A stretch of DNA of 64,000 nt. It comes from Candidatus Latescibacterota bacterium. Its GTDB lineage: Bacteria > Latescibacterota > UBA2968 > UBA8231. Below, piece by piece: positions 47,251 to 56,538 of this stretch. The stretch is taken from the NCBI GenBank assembly GCA_965197905.1, contig CBDAOB010000004.1:1440001-1504000 (forward strand), given 5' to 3'. The position numbers were made by a program, and so were the translations under genes. Every line of letters starts with the position of its first letter. Positions within the stretch are counted from its first letter, which is position 1. The notes under the pieces were generated by a model. That model was not told where the DNA came from, searched no databases, and worked only from the letters and a program-made list of their open reading frames with translations.

Positions 47251-48726
47251 TTGGGCCAATCTCTTGCGACTCGCGCCGTTCGCGGCGTTCTCTGGACCGG
47301 TAGCGCCTCCTTCGTGCAGCTGCTGATCCCCCTGGTGTTGTACGGCTTTCTTCCGGCGGATCAGATGGGCAGGTTCGAGGGTGCTCTCACCATTGTTATG
47401 TTGGGTGCGTTGCTCGGCAGTCTGGGCCTTGGCGAGGCGCTGGTTCAAAACCGCAACGCCGGCGACATCCATTTCAATTCGGCGTTCTGGACCTGCCTGT
47501 TTACCGGGTGCACTATCTCCCTCCTTTTGATCGCCAGTGCCTCGCGGATTGGGGAGCTGCTCTCCTGGCCCAGTCCGGACGAGTTGCGGCCACTGTTGGT
47601 GCCGCTTTCGCTCTTGATCCCGCTGGCTTCGGTCTCGGGCATCTTTCGCGCCCGCCTTTCGCGCGAGCTGCTTTTCAGACCGCTGGCTATTTCTGAAATC
47701 GTGTCAGTGCTGTCCTACGCGGTGGTCGTAGTCGCCTTGTTGCCGCACTACGGCCTTTGGAGCCCCATCGTGGGTGCGGTGGTCCGCGAGGCCGCGTTGC
47801 TTGGCAGTCTTTGTGTTTCGGCGCGCTGGTGCCCGCGCTTTATTTGCAGCGTCTCCAGCCTCAGAGAGGTTCTCCCTTTCGGCCTGCACTTCACCGGTTC
47901 ACGCAGCGTCAACTTTCTCAACAGTCACCTTGCAACCTTCTTCATCATGCCGCTGTTGGGCGAAGCTGCTCACGGATATTACAAGTTTGCCCACCGCATG
48001 ACATTGTTGCCGCTGGTGCGTCTTTCCACCACCATAACGCGGGTATCCTTCCCAACCTTCTCCTCCATTCAGAACGATGGGGATCTATTGCCTCGGGGAT
48101 ACCTCAAATCGGTGCAGAGCATTGCTCTGTTCACCTGGCCGGCTCTAGTCTGGTTGTTGGTGTTTGCACCGGAGGTGCTGGCATTCGTGGAAAAAATCAA
48201 CGATCTCGAATTGAGTCCCGCCCTGTGGGGTCTGCGCCTGTTGATCGTCGCCACCCTGGTTAAAGCCGTGGGCATCGTGGTAGGTTCGGTGTTTATGGCC
48301 AAGGGGAAAGCGAACTGGGCGCTCTACTGGTCCTTGTTCAGTCTTCTTCTGCTGCTGCCGGCACTTTACTATTCGACAGAGTATGGAGTGGCCGGCGTCG
48401 CGGCGGCGATTGCGGCGACCGCGTTGATCTTCCTGGTGCTGTCACAGCATTTGGTCAACCGCTTAACCGATCTGAGTTTTGGCGACTATTTAGGCAGTCT
48501 CGCAAGACCGCTCCTGGTAAGCATATTCGTATTGGCCGTACTGGTCTACGCCAGTATCGCTCTGCCGCCGGACCCGCTAGTGCGCCTTTCCGTCGGGACA
48601 GGGGTGGGCGTGGTCGCTTTCCTGGTGGCGACGCGACTGCTAGCGTGGGAATTCTGTCGACAGGTTTGGAAGAGTCTGTCCGGGGGTCGATCCGCCGCAA
48701 CCAACGGCAGCGAGGATCCCGCCTGA
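47251..48726 (+). CDS. Wzx/PST-family polysaccharide flippase
   Basis: About 12-14 TM segments; AVRG..W, LL P...G, GL.EALVQ, RVSFP.FS..Q.D. Confidence 0.85.
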   Translation: MGQSLATRAVRGVLWTGSASFVQLLIPLVLYGFLPADQMGRFEGALTIVMLGALLGSLGLGEALVQNRNAGDIHFNSAFWTCLFTGCTISLLLIASASRIGELLSWPSPDELRPLLVPLSLLIPLASVSGIFRARLSRELLFRPLAISEIVSVLSYAVVVVALLPHYGLWSPIVGAVVREAALLGSLCVSARWCPRFICSVSSLREVLPFGLHFTGSRSVNFLNSHLATFFIMPLLGEAAHGYYKFAHRMTLLPLVRLSTTITRVSFPTFSSIQNDGDLLPRGYLKSVQSIALFTWPALVWLLVFAPEVLAFVEKINDLELSPALWGLRLLIVATLVKAVGIVVGSVFMAKGKANWALYWSLFSLLLLLPALYYSTEYGVAGVAAAIAATALIFLVLSQHLVNRLTDLSFGDYLGSLARPLLVSIFVLAVLVYASIALPPDPLVRLSVGTGVGVVAFLVATRLLAWEFCRQVWKSLSGGRSAATNGSEDPA

Positions 48727-48776
48727 CGGCGGCGGATTCGTTTTCGGCAGGACATTTCACACACAGCCCATCTCCT

Positions 48777-48805
48777 TTGCGCCTGATTATGCCATGAGGT
48801 ATCTT
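48777..48805 (+). promoter_or_regulatory. Putative sigma70 promoter of pdxST
   Basis: TTGCGC-17-TATCTT, with AGGAGG RBS at 48838-48843. Confidence 0.45.
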
Positions 48806-48852
48806 CTAGCTCCAGACGCTGCATCATGATGAATTTTAGGAGGTAGGGCTAC

Positions 48853-49752
48853 ATGTCCGAACAATCCAATGGCCAAACGGGAACGCCGAAACTCAAGACC
48901 GGTCTCGCCGAGATGCTCAAGGGCGGAGTGATCATGGATGTGGTCACTGCCGATCAGGCAAAAATCGCCGCCGATGCCGGCGCCGTGTCGGTGATGGCTC
49001 TGGAGCGGGTGCCAGCCGACATCCGCAAGGATGGCGGGGTTGCGCGCATGGCAAGCATCGAAAAACTCCGGGAGATCATGGAAGTAGTCTCGATCCCGGT
49101 CATGGCCAAGGTTCGCATCGGGCATTTCGCCGAGGCGCAGATGCTTCAAGCCCTGGGCGTCGACTACGTCGACGAAAGCGAGGTCCTAACACCGGCTGAC
49201 GAACACTTCCACATCGACAAGTTTGCTTTCGAGGTACCGTTCGTCTGCGGCTGCCGCAATCTGGGCGAGGCCCTGCGCCGAATTGGCGAAGGCGCGGCGA
49301 TGATCCGCACCAAAGGTGAAGCCGGTTCGGGTAACATCGTGGAGGCGGTGCGCCACATGCGCAGTGTTACCGATGAGATGCGACGACTTACCACGCTGCG
49401 GCCGGAAGAGTTGATGACGACGGCAAAAGATCTAGGTGCGCCGTATGAGCTGGTTAGATTGGTCGCGCAGGAGGGCAAATTACCGGTACCCAACTTTGCA
49501 GCCGGAGGCGTCGCCACCCCGGCGGATGCATCGCTCATGATGCAGCTGGGCGCCGAATCCGTCTTTGTGGGCTCGGGGATTTTCAAGTCGGGTGATCCGG
49601 AGCAGCGCGCCAAGGCGATCGTGGAAGCCACGACACACTACGAGGATCCGGAAGTGTTGATTAGGGTTTCCGAGAAGCTGGGTGAGGCCATGGTGGGAAT
49701 CGATATCAACACTATCGAAGAAGGGCAGCTGCTGCAGACCAGAGGTTGGTAG
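48853..49752 (+). CDS. pdxS: Pyridoxal 5'-phosphate synthase lyase subunit
   Basis: [61 protein letters not shown] end. Confidence 0.97.
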   Translation: MSEQSNGQTGTPKLKTGLAEMLKGGVIMDVVTADQAKIAADAGAVSVMALERVPADIRKDGGVARMASIEKLREIMEVVSIPVMAKVRIGHFAEAQMLQALGVDYVDESEVLTPADEHFHIDKFAFEVPFVCGCRNLGEALRRIGEGAAMIRTKGEAGSGNIVEAVRHMRSVTDEMRRLTTLRPEELMTTAKDLGAPYELVRLVAQEGKLPVPNFAAGGVATPADASLMMQLGAESVFVGSGIFKSGDPEQRAKAIVEATTHYEDPEVLIRVSEKLGEAMVGIDINTIEEGQLLQTRGW

Positions 49753-49923
49753 CTAGTGCCCTGTATCGGAAGTAGGCTTGTGAAATGAGGGCGCCGAGTC
49801 GGCCGGACTGCAAGGCACGCGATCGAGGCGTATTGGTGAGATACGACGAGTGAGCGCAACGCAGCAGAGCGGGATGAATCGGCGAATTAATACAGGCATA
49901 TTTTCGATACAGGGGCACTCTAG
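49753..49923. mobile_element. MITE/REP-like nested palindromic element
   Basis: CTAG at both ends. Imperfect ~28-nt terminal inverted repeats (49755-49781 vs 49892-49919) and internal paired segments. No coding capacity. Confidence 0.65.
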
Positions 49924-50499
49924 GTGCAGGTAGGCGTTCTGGGTCTGCAGGGCGACTTCGAAGCCCACGGCAGGATGCTGGAGCAGCTCGGCGCCACCGT
50001 TCAGGTCGTCAAGAAACCCCGACAACTCCACGAAGTGTCCGGATTGGTGATTCCCGGTGGGGAGAGCACCACCCTGATCCGTCTCATGGATCTCTACGAC
50101 TTCTGGGATCCCCTCCGCACATTCTCCAGCGAGGGTGGAGTCATTTTGGGAACCTGCGCCGGCATGATTCTGCTGGCCGCGGAGGTTCTCAACCCCTCGC
50201 AAAAATCTCTCGGACTCATCGACCTTACAGTGGAGCGCAACAGTTACGGCCGTCAAAGGGAGAGCTTCGAAGCGACCGGCAACTTCTGCGTCAACGGCCA
50301 TGCCAGCCCGTTGCCGATGGTGTTTATCCGTGCCCCTCGCATTCGACGTCTCGGCGCTGCGGTCGAGAGCCTGGCTACTTGTGGCGACGACTGCGTATTG
50401 GCGCGACAAGATCGGGTCATCGCCGGCGCCTTCCATCCCGAGTTCACCGACGATCCCACCGTTCATCAGTATTTCCTGGACCTGGTAGCCAGCACATAA
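49924..50499 (+). CDS. pdxT: Pyridoxal 5'-phosphate synthase glutaminase subunit
   Basis: GVL.LQG.F, PGGEST, GTCAG, RN.YGRQ..SF, FIRAP, FHPE. Confidence 0.95.
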   Translation: MQVGVLGLQGDFEAHGRMLEQLGATVQVVKKPRQLHEVSGLVIPGGESTTLIRLMDLYDFWDPLRTFSSEGGVILGTCAGMILLAAEVLNPSQKSLGLIDLTVERNSYGRQRESFEATGNFCVNGHASPLPMVFIRAPRIRRLGAAVESLATCGDDCVLARQDRVIAGAFHPEFTDDPTVHQYFLDLVAST

Positions 50500-50527
50500 A
50501 AATCCCAAATATCCCGGTTCTTTGTGC

Positions 50528-51082
50528 TCAGAACTGGAACTGCACCCGGCCGGAAAAACGGTTGATGCTGATGTTGTCGTCAGCGAAGATGAAATCGTGC
50601 TGGAATCGAAGCCCGACCTGCAGACGTTTGCTCAAATGCATCTCCGCGCCGACACCTGGAGCAATGCCGAACTTGCTGGATCCGACATCCGGGGAATACA
50701 ACTCCGTATCCAATGAAAAGGAATAGCTGAACGGCTCCAGATCGTAGGAGCTTCTCATCCCGGCACTGAACAGGTTGGTTTTCTGGTCGGAGATGTGGCC
50801 GAATCCTAGCTGAAAGGCGAGCCAATCTTCCACCATGTAACCGGCGTTGACGCCGGTAAACAGGTCGGTTTGCGACACCTCCGGGTCAGAGTTGTCGAAT
50901 TCGATGTCCACCACAGCCGCCCCCACGAATCCCTCCAGGTAATACCCACCGCCGGTGCTCCAGTACCGGTAACCCCCTTTGCCGTATTCGCTTCCTTCCG
51001 GTCCGTCGGTGCGCCCTTCGTCGTCGGCAAAGGTAGGTACGGCCAAGGCCAAAATAGCGAGAATGCAGGTAGCGCGTCGCAT
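50528..51082 (-). CDS. Outer-membrane beta-barrel protein (OmpA/OMP_b-brl-like)
   Basis: Signal peptide, alternating beta-strands, C-terminal Phe (VQFQF). Confidence 0.75.
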   Translation of the reverse strand: MRRATCILAILALAVPTFADDEGRTDGPEGSEYGKGGYRYWSTGGGYYLEGFVGAAVVDIEFDNSDPEVSQTDLFTGVNAGYMVEDWLAFQLGFGHISDQKTNLFSAGMRSSYDLEPFSYSFSLDTELYSPDVGSSKFGIAPGVGAEMHLSKRLQVGLRFQHDFIFADDNISINRFSGRVQFQF

Positions 51083-51097
51083 GATTCAACCCCCGAG

Positions 51098-51694
51098 TTA
51101 AAGGCCGATGCTCTTTTTCTTGAAGTGTTTGACGATTTCCTTCTGGTCGGTCCAGACGATCTCGGTGCTGCCGATGTCGGTCAATTCGAAAGTGGCTTTG
51201 TAGTAGATCGCCTTGTTATTGCCGACTTGCTGTATGGTGGAAGTAATCACCCCACCGAGGAGGAACTCGGCTGCCTTTTGCTGGCCTGGCCCCTGAGCCT
51301 GGTTCGGGTCCACGTAGCCGGAACCCTGGTATTCGTACTCCTTGGCTATTTCAGTCCGAGCCGCCTTGTCCAGGAAGGAGAATCGACCGCTCTGTATGAG
51401 GGCCGTTTTTACGTGGTCATACAGAGACTGCAAATCGATGTGTTCTGAGGTACGATTCTTCGGCGTTTCCAGGATAATAACCGGCTTGGCAGGTTGCTGT
51501 TCTCGAGTGTTCCACGACTCCAACGATTCGACGACCTTCTTGGCCACCAGCTGCATATCGTTCTGATTCCACTTGTCGTCCAGCATGCTGATCTCTTGGG
51601 GGTCGCCGTAGGTACCCTTGGTGAACGCTCGGGGTCCGGCGCATGCGGTCAGAGTCAGGGCAATCAGAACCGATGCCGAAAACACGAATTTCAT
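51098..51694 (-). CDS. LpoB-like lipoprotein (COG3417 type)
   Basis: Lipobox LTAC. W...D...VA..., NRTSEHID, L..SGRF.F, G.ITS, Y...F.LTD....EIVW. Confidence 0.8.
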   Translation of the reverse strand: MKFVFSASVLIALTLTACAGPRAFTKGTYGDPQEISMLDDKWNQNDMQLVAKKVVESLESWNTREQQPAKPVIILETPKNRTSEHIDLQSLYDHVKTALIQSGRFSFLDKAARTEIAKEYEYQGSGYVDPNQAQGPGQQKAAEFLLGGVITSTIQQVGNNKAIYYKATFELTDIGSTEIVWTDQKEIVKHFKKKSIGL

Positions 51695-51707
51695 AGTTGC
51701 GCTCCTT

Positions 51708-52550
51708 TCAATTCCACTCGCACTGAAAATGGGTGCGCACCAGGTGCCAACGATCTGGAAGCATGGCGTCCTGCCGGTGCAGAACCTGTAGTGTACAGTC
51801 CCGTTGCAACGAACTGACCGGATATTCGAATTCGTACCCCTGCGCGGCGGCGCGATCGGCGGCGGGGATGTCCTTCGAGGAGTAAATATTCGGTTTGGTG
51901 GAGGCAAAGACCAGGGCTTCTTTACTGCCGTAGGTTTTCAGCGGTACCCGAGCGGCAACAACGATGCGTCGCACCTTCTTCGAAAGCAGCAGGTCTGTGT
52001 TGTCGACGAGGGTATCTCGCTGCCACCGGCGACTGAGAATGTCTGCCAGGTTGCCGATGAACACCCGCTCTCGTTCGCCGTCGGGCACGATGAGGTAAAG
52101 ATACCCTTTGCGGGACTGGGTCGACGGGCTGACCCCTCCACCTAAACCCTCGAAGTCGAGGGTAATGGTAAGGTCCACCGATCTATTGGGGGGCAAAGAG
52201 TGGAGTGAGACCGCTTTGATCAGGTCGTCCGTCGCCCCGGATTTCTTCAGCTCGATCAACGCATCGGCGGAAGCGTCGCAGGCACAGCGACGTTCCTCCA
52301 GCATTTTGACGATGACGTCGCTTGCGAACTTGCTATCGAGTAGCTTCTGGAGGTCCGGCAAGGTCAGGGGCAGCTGATCTGAGCGTTCGTACAGACGCGG
52401 CAACTCACCCCCATCCCACTCCACGATGTTGAAGACATACCCGTCCTTCAAGACGTTGGCCGATGTCCCCATGCTCGGAACGACTTTTTGAGCCACCGCC
52501 GGGGTCAGCGCGACGAGAAGGACCCAAAATCCGTAGAGAGCAACGCTCAT
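51708..52550 (-). CDS. Hypothetical exported protein
   Basis: Signal peptide (AVA-Q), mid-operon position, helical segment with CACD and LIELKKSGA. Start uncertain (52550 or 52580). Confidence 0.65.
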   Translation of the reverse strand: MSVALYGFWVLLVALTPAVAQKVVPSMGTSANVLKDGYVFNIVEWDGGELPRLYERSDQLPLTLPDLQKLLDSKFASDVIVKMLEERRCACDASADALIELKKSGATDDLIKAVSLHSLPPNRSVDLTITLDFEGLGGGVSPSTQSRKGYLYLIVPDGERERVFIGNLADILSRRWQRDTLVDNTDLLLSKKVRRIVVAARVPLKTYGSKEALVFASTKPNIYSSKDIPAADRAAAQGYEFEYPVSSLQRDCTLQVLHRQDAMLPDRWHLVRTHFQCEWN

Positions 52551-52576
52551 AGGTGCACCCCCAATCCGATTGTAGA

Positions 52577-54028
52577 TCATTTGTAGCTGCGGTAGTTGAG
52601 GAAAACCCGCTGGCCGGCAGACACCTCGACTCCTGCGAATCGATACCCATCCACCACCCTGCCATTACCATTTACAAACTCCAGAACCAAGTCAACCGTT
52701 CCCGGGTTCACGCGCAGTCGGGCCACGCGAATCTGCTGCGGCAACGCCAGCCAGCTGCGAGTGTCGGCGGCCTCGGTGGATGCACCAAACAGATTGACCA
52801 GGAACCCGAGGATCTCGCTTTTCTCCTCGGCTGCTTCGGTGGCGATGTATTTTGCCAGGGCGCGGGCGACGGTTCGCGCCAGAATTGACGTCTCCTTGTC
52901 CTTGAAATTGCTCAGGGCGATAGCATCGAGATCCTGGACTAGAACAGCCGTTGCCGTTTTGCCCGCCGCGGACAAACGGGCCCCGTTTATCTGACTGGAA
53001 ACGGCGCGATACTCCGGCAAGGCTACTCTGAGCCAGTACTCCACCTCGGCGTAATGTTGGCGATTGTGGTGCCGGTAGGCCATCTCATCTGACAGTGCCC
53101 ACACCCGATGCGTTTCATCATTTTTCAAAATGGGCAGGCTGATTTCGTGTTCACGTTTACGGGCGATAAACCCGGTCTCCGCGAATACGATCACTTCGCC
53201 TGTGGTGGGGGCGGCGGAAAATTCGCCGTTCCACTCATAACGCTCCAGATATTCTAGAACGTGGTCTTGGTAACCCAACCTGGTAGCCGAACGCAGGAGA
53301 TCGTGCCCCAGGATTTGGGGCGGCCCAGTTCCCAGCGCGTAGGCGCGGTAACCTTTCTCGGCGTCGCGGTAGGATATGTAGGCGTCGTTCCATTCTTCCT
53401 CGGCTTCAAAGAAAAGTCCGGTTACATACTGCATGAATGCATCGTTCTTGTAGGTGAGCTCGTATTCGGCTGCAGCGGCGTACTTCTCCAGTTTGAGATT
53501 GGCTTTGCGGCACTCCACCAACGCTTCTTGTGGTTGATTGAGATATTGATAATTCAGCGCCCGGTAATAGTTGATCAGAACGCTCTCGAATTCCTCCCCG
53601 GCGTACTTGCGGACAGCATCGTTGGTCAGCAATGAAACCAGCTCGCGCGACAGCGATCGGGTGATCCTCTTGTCGATCAGACGCTCGGCTTTCTCGAACT
53701 GTTGGTTGGAGGCCTCGTAGTCGCCGAGGTAGTGCAGTATGAGTCCCCTTTCAAGCCTGTAGAGCAGTCTGTCGGGGGCGGGATCCGCTTTTTCCAGTTT
53801 CTGCAGCGCACCTTCGTAATCACGCTGGCCCAGCTTCTTCAGCGGCCCCTTCATGTGCCGGGTGTAGGCGGCGCCACAGCCCGATAGAAGAGATAAGATC
53901 AACAGAAACAAACCTGTGCGGCGAAAAAATGCTGCAGTTCCTCCGCGCGGCGAAGGAAAAAGGCCGGGGGCCTGAGGTATGTTTTGTTGGTTGCTCATGA
54001 ATAGGTCGTTGGACGCGGGGTATGCCAT
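52577..54028 (-). CDS. COG3014-like TPR lipoprotein
   Basis: Lipobox LSGC, LLY.LERG, Y.GE.FE, A.VE.RKAN, G....K, ADTRSW..LP. Start uncertain. Confidence 0.75.
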   Translation of the reverse strand: MAYPASNDLFMSNQQNIPQAPGLFPSPRGGTAAFFRRTGLFLLILSLLSGCGAAYTRHMKGPLKKLGQRDYEGALQKLEKADPAPDRLLYRLERGLILHYLGDYEASNQQFEKAERLIDKRITRSLSRELVSLLTNDAVRKYAGEEFESVLINYYRALNYQYLNQPQEALVECRKANLKLEKYAAAAEYELTYKNDAFMQYVTGLFFEAEEEWNDAYISYRDAEKGYRAYALGTGPPQILGHDLLRSATRLGYQDHVLEYLERYEWNGEFSAAPTTGEVIVFAETGFIARKREHEISLPILKNDETHRVWALSDEMAYRHHNRQHYAEVEYWLRVALPEYRAVSSQINGARLSAAGKTATAVLVQDLDAIALSNFKDKETSILARTVARALAKYIATEAAEEKSEILGFLVNLFGASTEAADTRSWLALPQQIRVARLRVNPGTVDLVLEFVNGNGRVVDGYRFAGVEVSAGQRVFLNYRSYK

Positions 54029-54141
54029 TAAGATGCCTTTGACCTGGCCCCGTTCCGCCGAGTCTTCCTGGTGCGAAGCGCGCGAGAGGGTATGGGATAA
54101 AAGACTGAAGTGAAGAAGAAAGCGTTACCGGCAAGCTCCGT

Positions 54142-54534
54142 TCAGGCACCACCGTGGTCCGCTACAACCTCGACGTGGATCGATTCACCGGATTGAACCG
54201 TGCTTAAGATGCGGGGATCACCGTCGAATTTCCCCAGCACGTTTACCTCGGACACAAGTCTGCATTCCGATCCCTGCGAGATGGGAGTCGGGCCGTACGG
54301 CAAAGCCAGAGCGCTTCCTTCGACCCAAAAACAGACCGTGCCGGGATCGACGACTTGGCGAGCGTCCGGTTCCAGCTCCGCTTGCATCTGCACCTCGAAA
54401 TAAACCTCTTCGCCCCAGGTATTCGCCCTGGCTTCGCAGGGCAATGCCGCCACCAGCTGGTTGGCGGTGGGTGTGTCGTAGAGCCGGGCGTCGAGCTCAC
54501 CGCTGCTCCACGAAATGCGAATGATCATTCCCAT
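54142..54534 (-). CDS. Cyclophilin-like fold protein (DUF369 type)
   Basis: TPTA..L..ALP....ANTWGEEVYF, G.VCFW..G.AL...YGPTP.S, VNV.GK. Confidence 0.8.
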   Translation of the reverse strand: MGMIIRISWSSGELDARLYDTPTANQLVAALPCEARANTWGEEVYFEVQMQAELEPDARQVVDPGTVCFWVEGSALALPYGPTPISQGSECRLVSEVNVLGKFDGDPRILSTVQSGESIHVEVVADHGGA

Positions 54535-54626
54535 CTCCCGTGTGATGCTTGCTGGTGTTTTGTGCGGGCCGTAATATAAATCCCGCCGCGTCCCCTAGTA
54601 AAGTTCCACTTCGCCGAGGGCGGATC

Positions 54627-55199
54627 TTGTCGAGCAAGAAACTTCAGCCGGGCAACTACGGCAAAGAGACGACCTTCGAGGTCCGCAACTTCGATGCGCC
54701 GTTGTCGCTTAGCGAATATGGGAAGCTACCGAAGAATTCGATCTATCTGATCCTGGATAATCTGCGCAGCGCGTTTAATGTGGGATCGATCTTTCGCACG
54801 GCCGATACCTCGAGATTGGCTCAGGTCATCACCTGCGGATACACCGCGCACCCTCCACATGCGAAGTTGGACAAGACGGCGCTGGGCACCTTGGAGTACG
54901 TGCCTACCCGGCACTTCGATTCGACCGTGGAGGCGGTTTCGCATCTGCAGCAAGCAGGAACACCGGTCTTCGCCCTCGAAACTACCACCGAGAGCTCGAT
55001 CTACACCGAGTGCAGGTATCCGCAACCGCTGGGCTTGGTTCTGGGCAACGAAGCTCTCGGCGTAAAACGAGAGGTGTTGGAACAGTGCGACAGGATCGTC
55101 GATATTCCGCTCTTCGGCTTCAAGAATTCAATGAACGTAGCGGCAGCGGCAGCCGTAGTAACCTTCGAGATCCTGCGTCAGTGGAAGGTCCGACCCTGA
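54627..55199 (+). CDS. TrmH/SpoU-family RNA methyltransferase
   Basis: LDNLRSAFNVGSIFRTAD, LVLGNEALG, IP.FG.KNSMNVA. Start uncertain. Confidence 0.9.
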   Translation: MSSKKLQPGNYGKETTFEVRNFDAPLSLSEYGKLPKNSIYLILDNLRSAFNVGSIFRTADTSRLAQVITCGYTAHPPHAKLDKTALGTLEYVPTRHFDSTVEAVSHLQQAGTPVFALETTTESSIYTECRYPQPLGLVLGNEALGVKREVLEQCDRIVDIPLFGFKNSMNVAAAAAVVTFEILRQWKVRP

Positions 55200-55236
55200 C
55201 CGGAGAGTCGCCAGGGCAGGTTTTTAGCCAACTGCC

Positions 55237-56424
55237 TCAGCGGAACTCTCTAAAAGGTGTTTCCGTATAGGTCTTCGCCTGTTTGTGACTCGTGCCGTAG
55301 TTGGGCAAGGCGCGCACCAGGGCGTAATGTTCCAACGCTTTCTCGCGATCGCCACGAACATCGTGGATCTTTCCCAGCAGCAGCAGGCAGAGCGAGCGGT
55401 ACTTGCGCATCGACGTACGCGACTGCCCTGCCGCCAAACGCTCGGCGCGATCGAGGAGGGGGAGCGCTTCAACGTACCGTCGGCGGAGCCACGCGTTCTG
55501 ACCCACGTAATAGAGTGCCTCGACCTGGCCGAAGATATGATAGCCCGTCTGTTTCGCATCGGCGCGCTGTACGACTTTCTCGAAGAGGGCCGTCCCTCGG
55601 TTCCACTGGCCCACCTCGACGAGGGTTCGTGCGGTGAAGCGGTGAAAGATCGAATTCTGCGGATAACGCCGGTGCAACTGCTCCAGGTACTGCAGCGAGG
55701 CGCCTCTGTCGCGTTCGAAGAGGCTGTGAATCTGCGCCAGAAAATAGAGCGCTTCCGTGCCGGCGTATTGACCCTTGGCCGCCACCAGGCGCAACTGCTC
55801 CAGCCCCGTCTCCCGCTTCCCCTTGGGCAGTAACCAGGTGATGGGCCTTACCACCGGATACTTCTGCGGGATGACTTCGATGAAGTAGTTGTAAACACCC
55901 TGACCAAAGAGTATGTCTTTGTTTTCTGGCTCCAGCTCGCGACTGATCTTCAGCAACGGCATACACTTCAGTCCGTCGCTGGCAGCACGCAGGTACTGCC
56001 CTCGATTGCCCCGCAGTCGACCGCGAAAACCGATAGCCCCCGCCTTGAAGAGAACGGCGTCGAAATCCTGTGGCATGGTTTTCAATCTCTGGTCGCACAC
56101 CTCGATACAGCGGCCGAGGAGTCTATAAAACATCTCGTCGTGGCTGCGGTCCTCCAGGTCGATCAGAACCCGCCACCAGGTGACCATGGCCAGAAAGAAA
56201 TGTCCCAACGGGTTTGCCGGATCGGTGCCGATGATCTCTTCGAAGTAGCGATCCGCCGGCTCGAACTGCAGATTGTAGATCAGATCGATGCCGTGTTGGA
56301 TGCGAGGATCGTAGGCACGCACCGAATACGCTGCCGTTTGGGCCCCCAATACTGATACGCTCAACAGGAGGATCGTCGCCGCCGGCAGCAGTCGACTCGC
56401 CAGTTGCGGGAGAATCTCGCTCAA
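55237..56424 (-). CDS. Exported TPR-repeat protein
   Basis: Signal peptide and multiple TPR-like helices (DPANPLGHF, EPENKD..FG.G.YNY). Confidence 0.75.
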   Translation of the reverse strand: MSEILPQLASRLLPAATILLLSVSVLGAQTAAYSVRAYDPRIQHGIDLIYNLQFEPADRYFEEIIGTDPANPLGHFFLAMVTWWRVLIDLEDRSHDEMFYRLLGRCIEVCDQRLKTMPQDFDAVLFKAGAIGFRGRLRGNRGQYLRAASDGLKCMPLLKISRELEPENKDILFGQGVYNYFIEVIPQKYPVVRPITWLLPKGKRETGLEQLRLVAAKGQYAGTEALYFLAQIHSLFERDRGASLQYLEQLHRRYPQNSIFHRFTARTLVEVGQWNRGTALFEKVVQRADAKQTGYHIFGQVEALYYVGQNAWLRRRYVEALPLLDRAERLAAGQSRTSMRKYRSLCLLLLGKIHDVRGDREKALEHYALVRALPNYGTSHKQAKTYTETPFREFR

Positions 56425-56538
56425 AGATATCGGGGTTTTCGAGAAAACAGGATGTGGCTGGTTGACGGCAACGGGCCCTTTTAAAAGGTTGTGTGCGCTG
56501 TGGCCGTATAATAATTGGACGGCAAGCTTATTTCAAAA

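Noticed and set aside
44339..48726. Genomic island integrated at tRNA-Glu
   Set aside because: No integrase and no duplicated tRNA 3' end were seen. The tRNA has its own terminator directly downstream.
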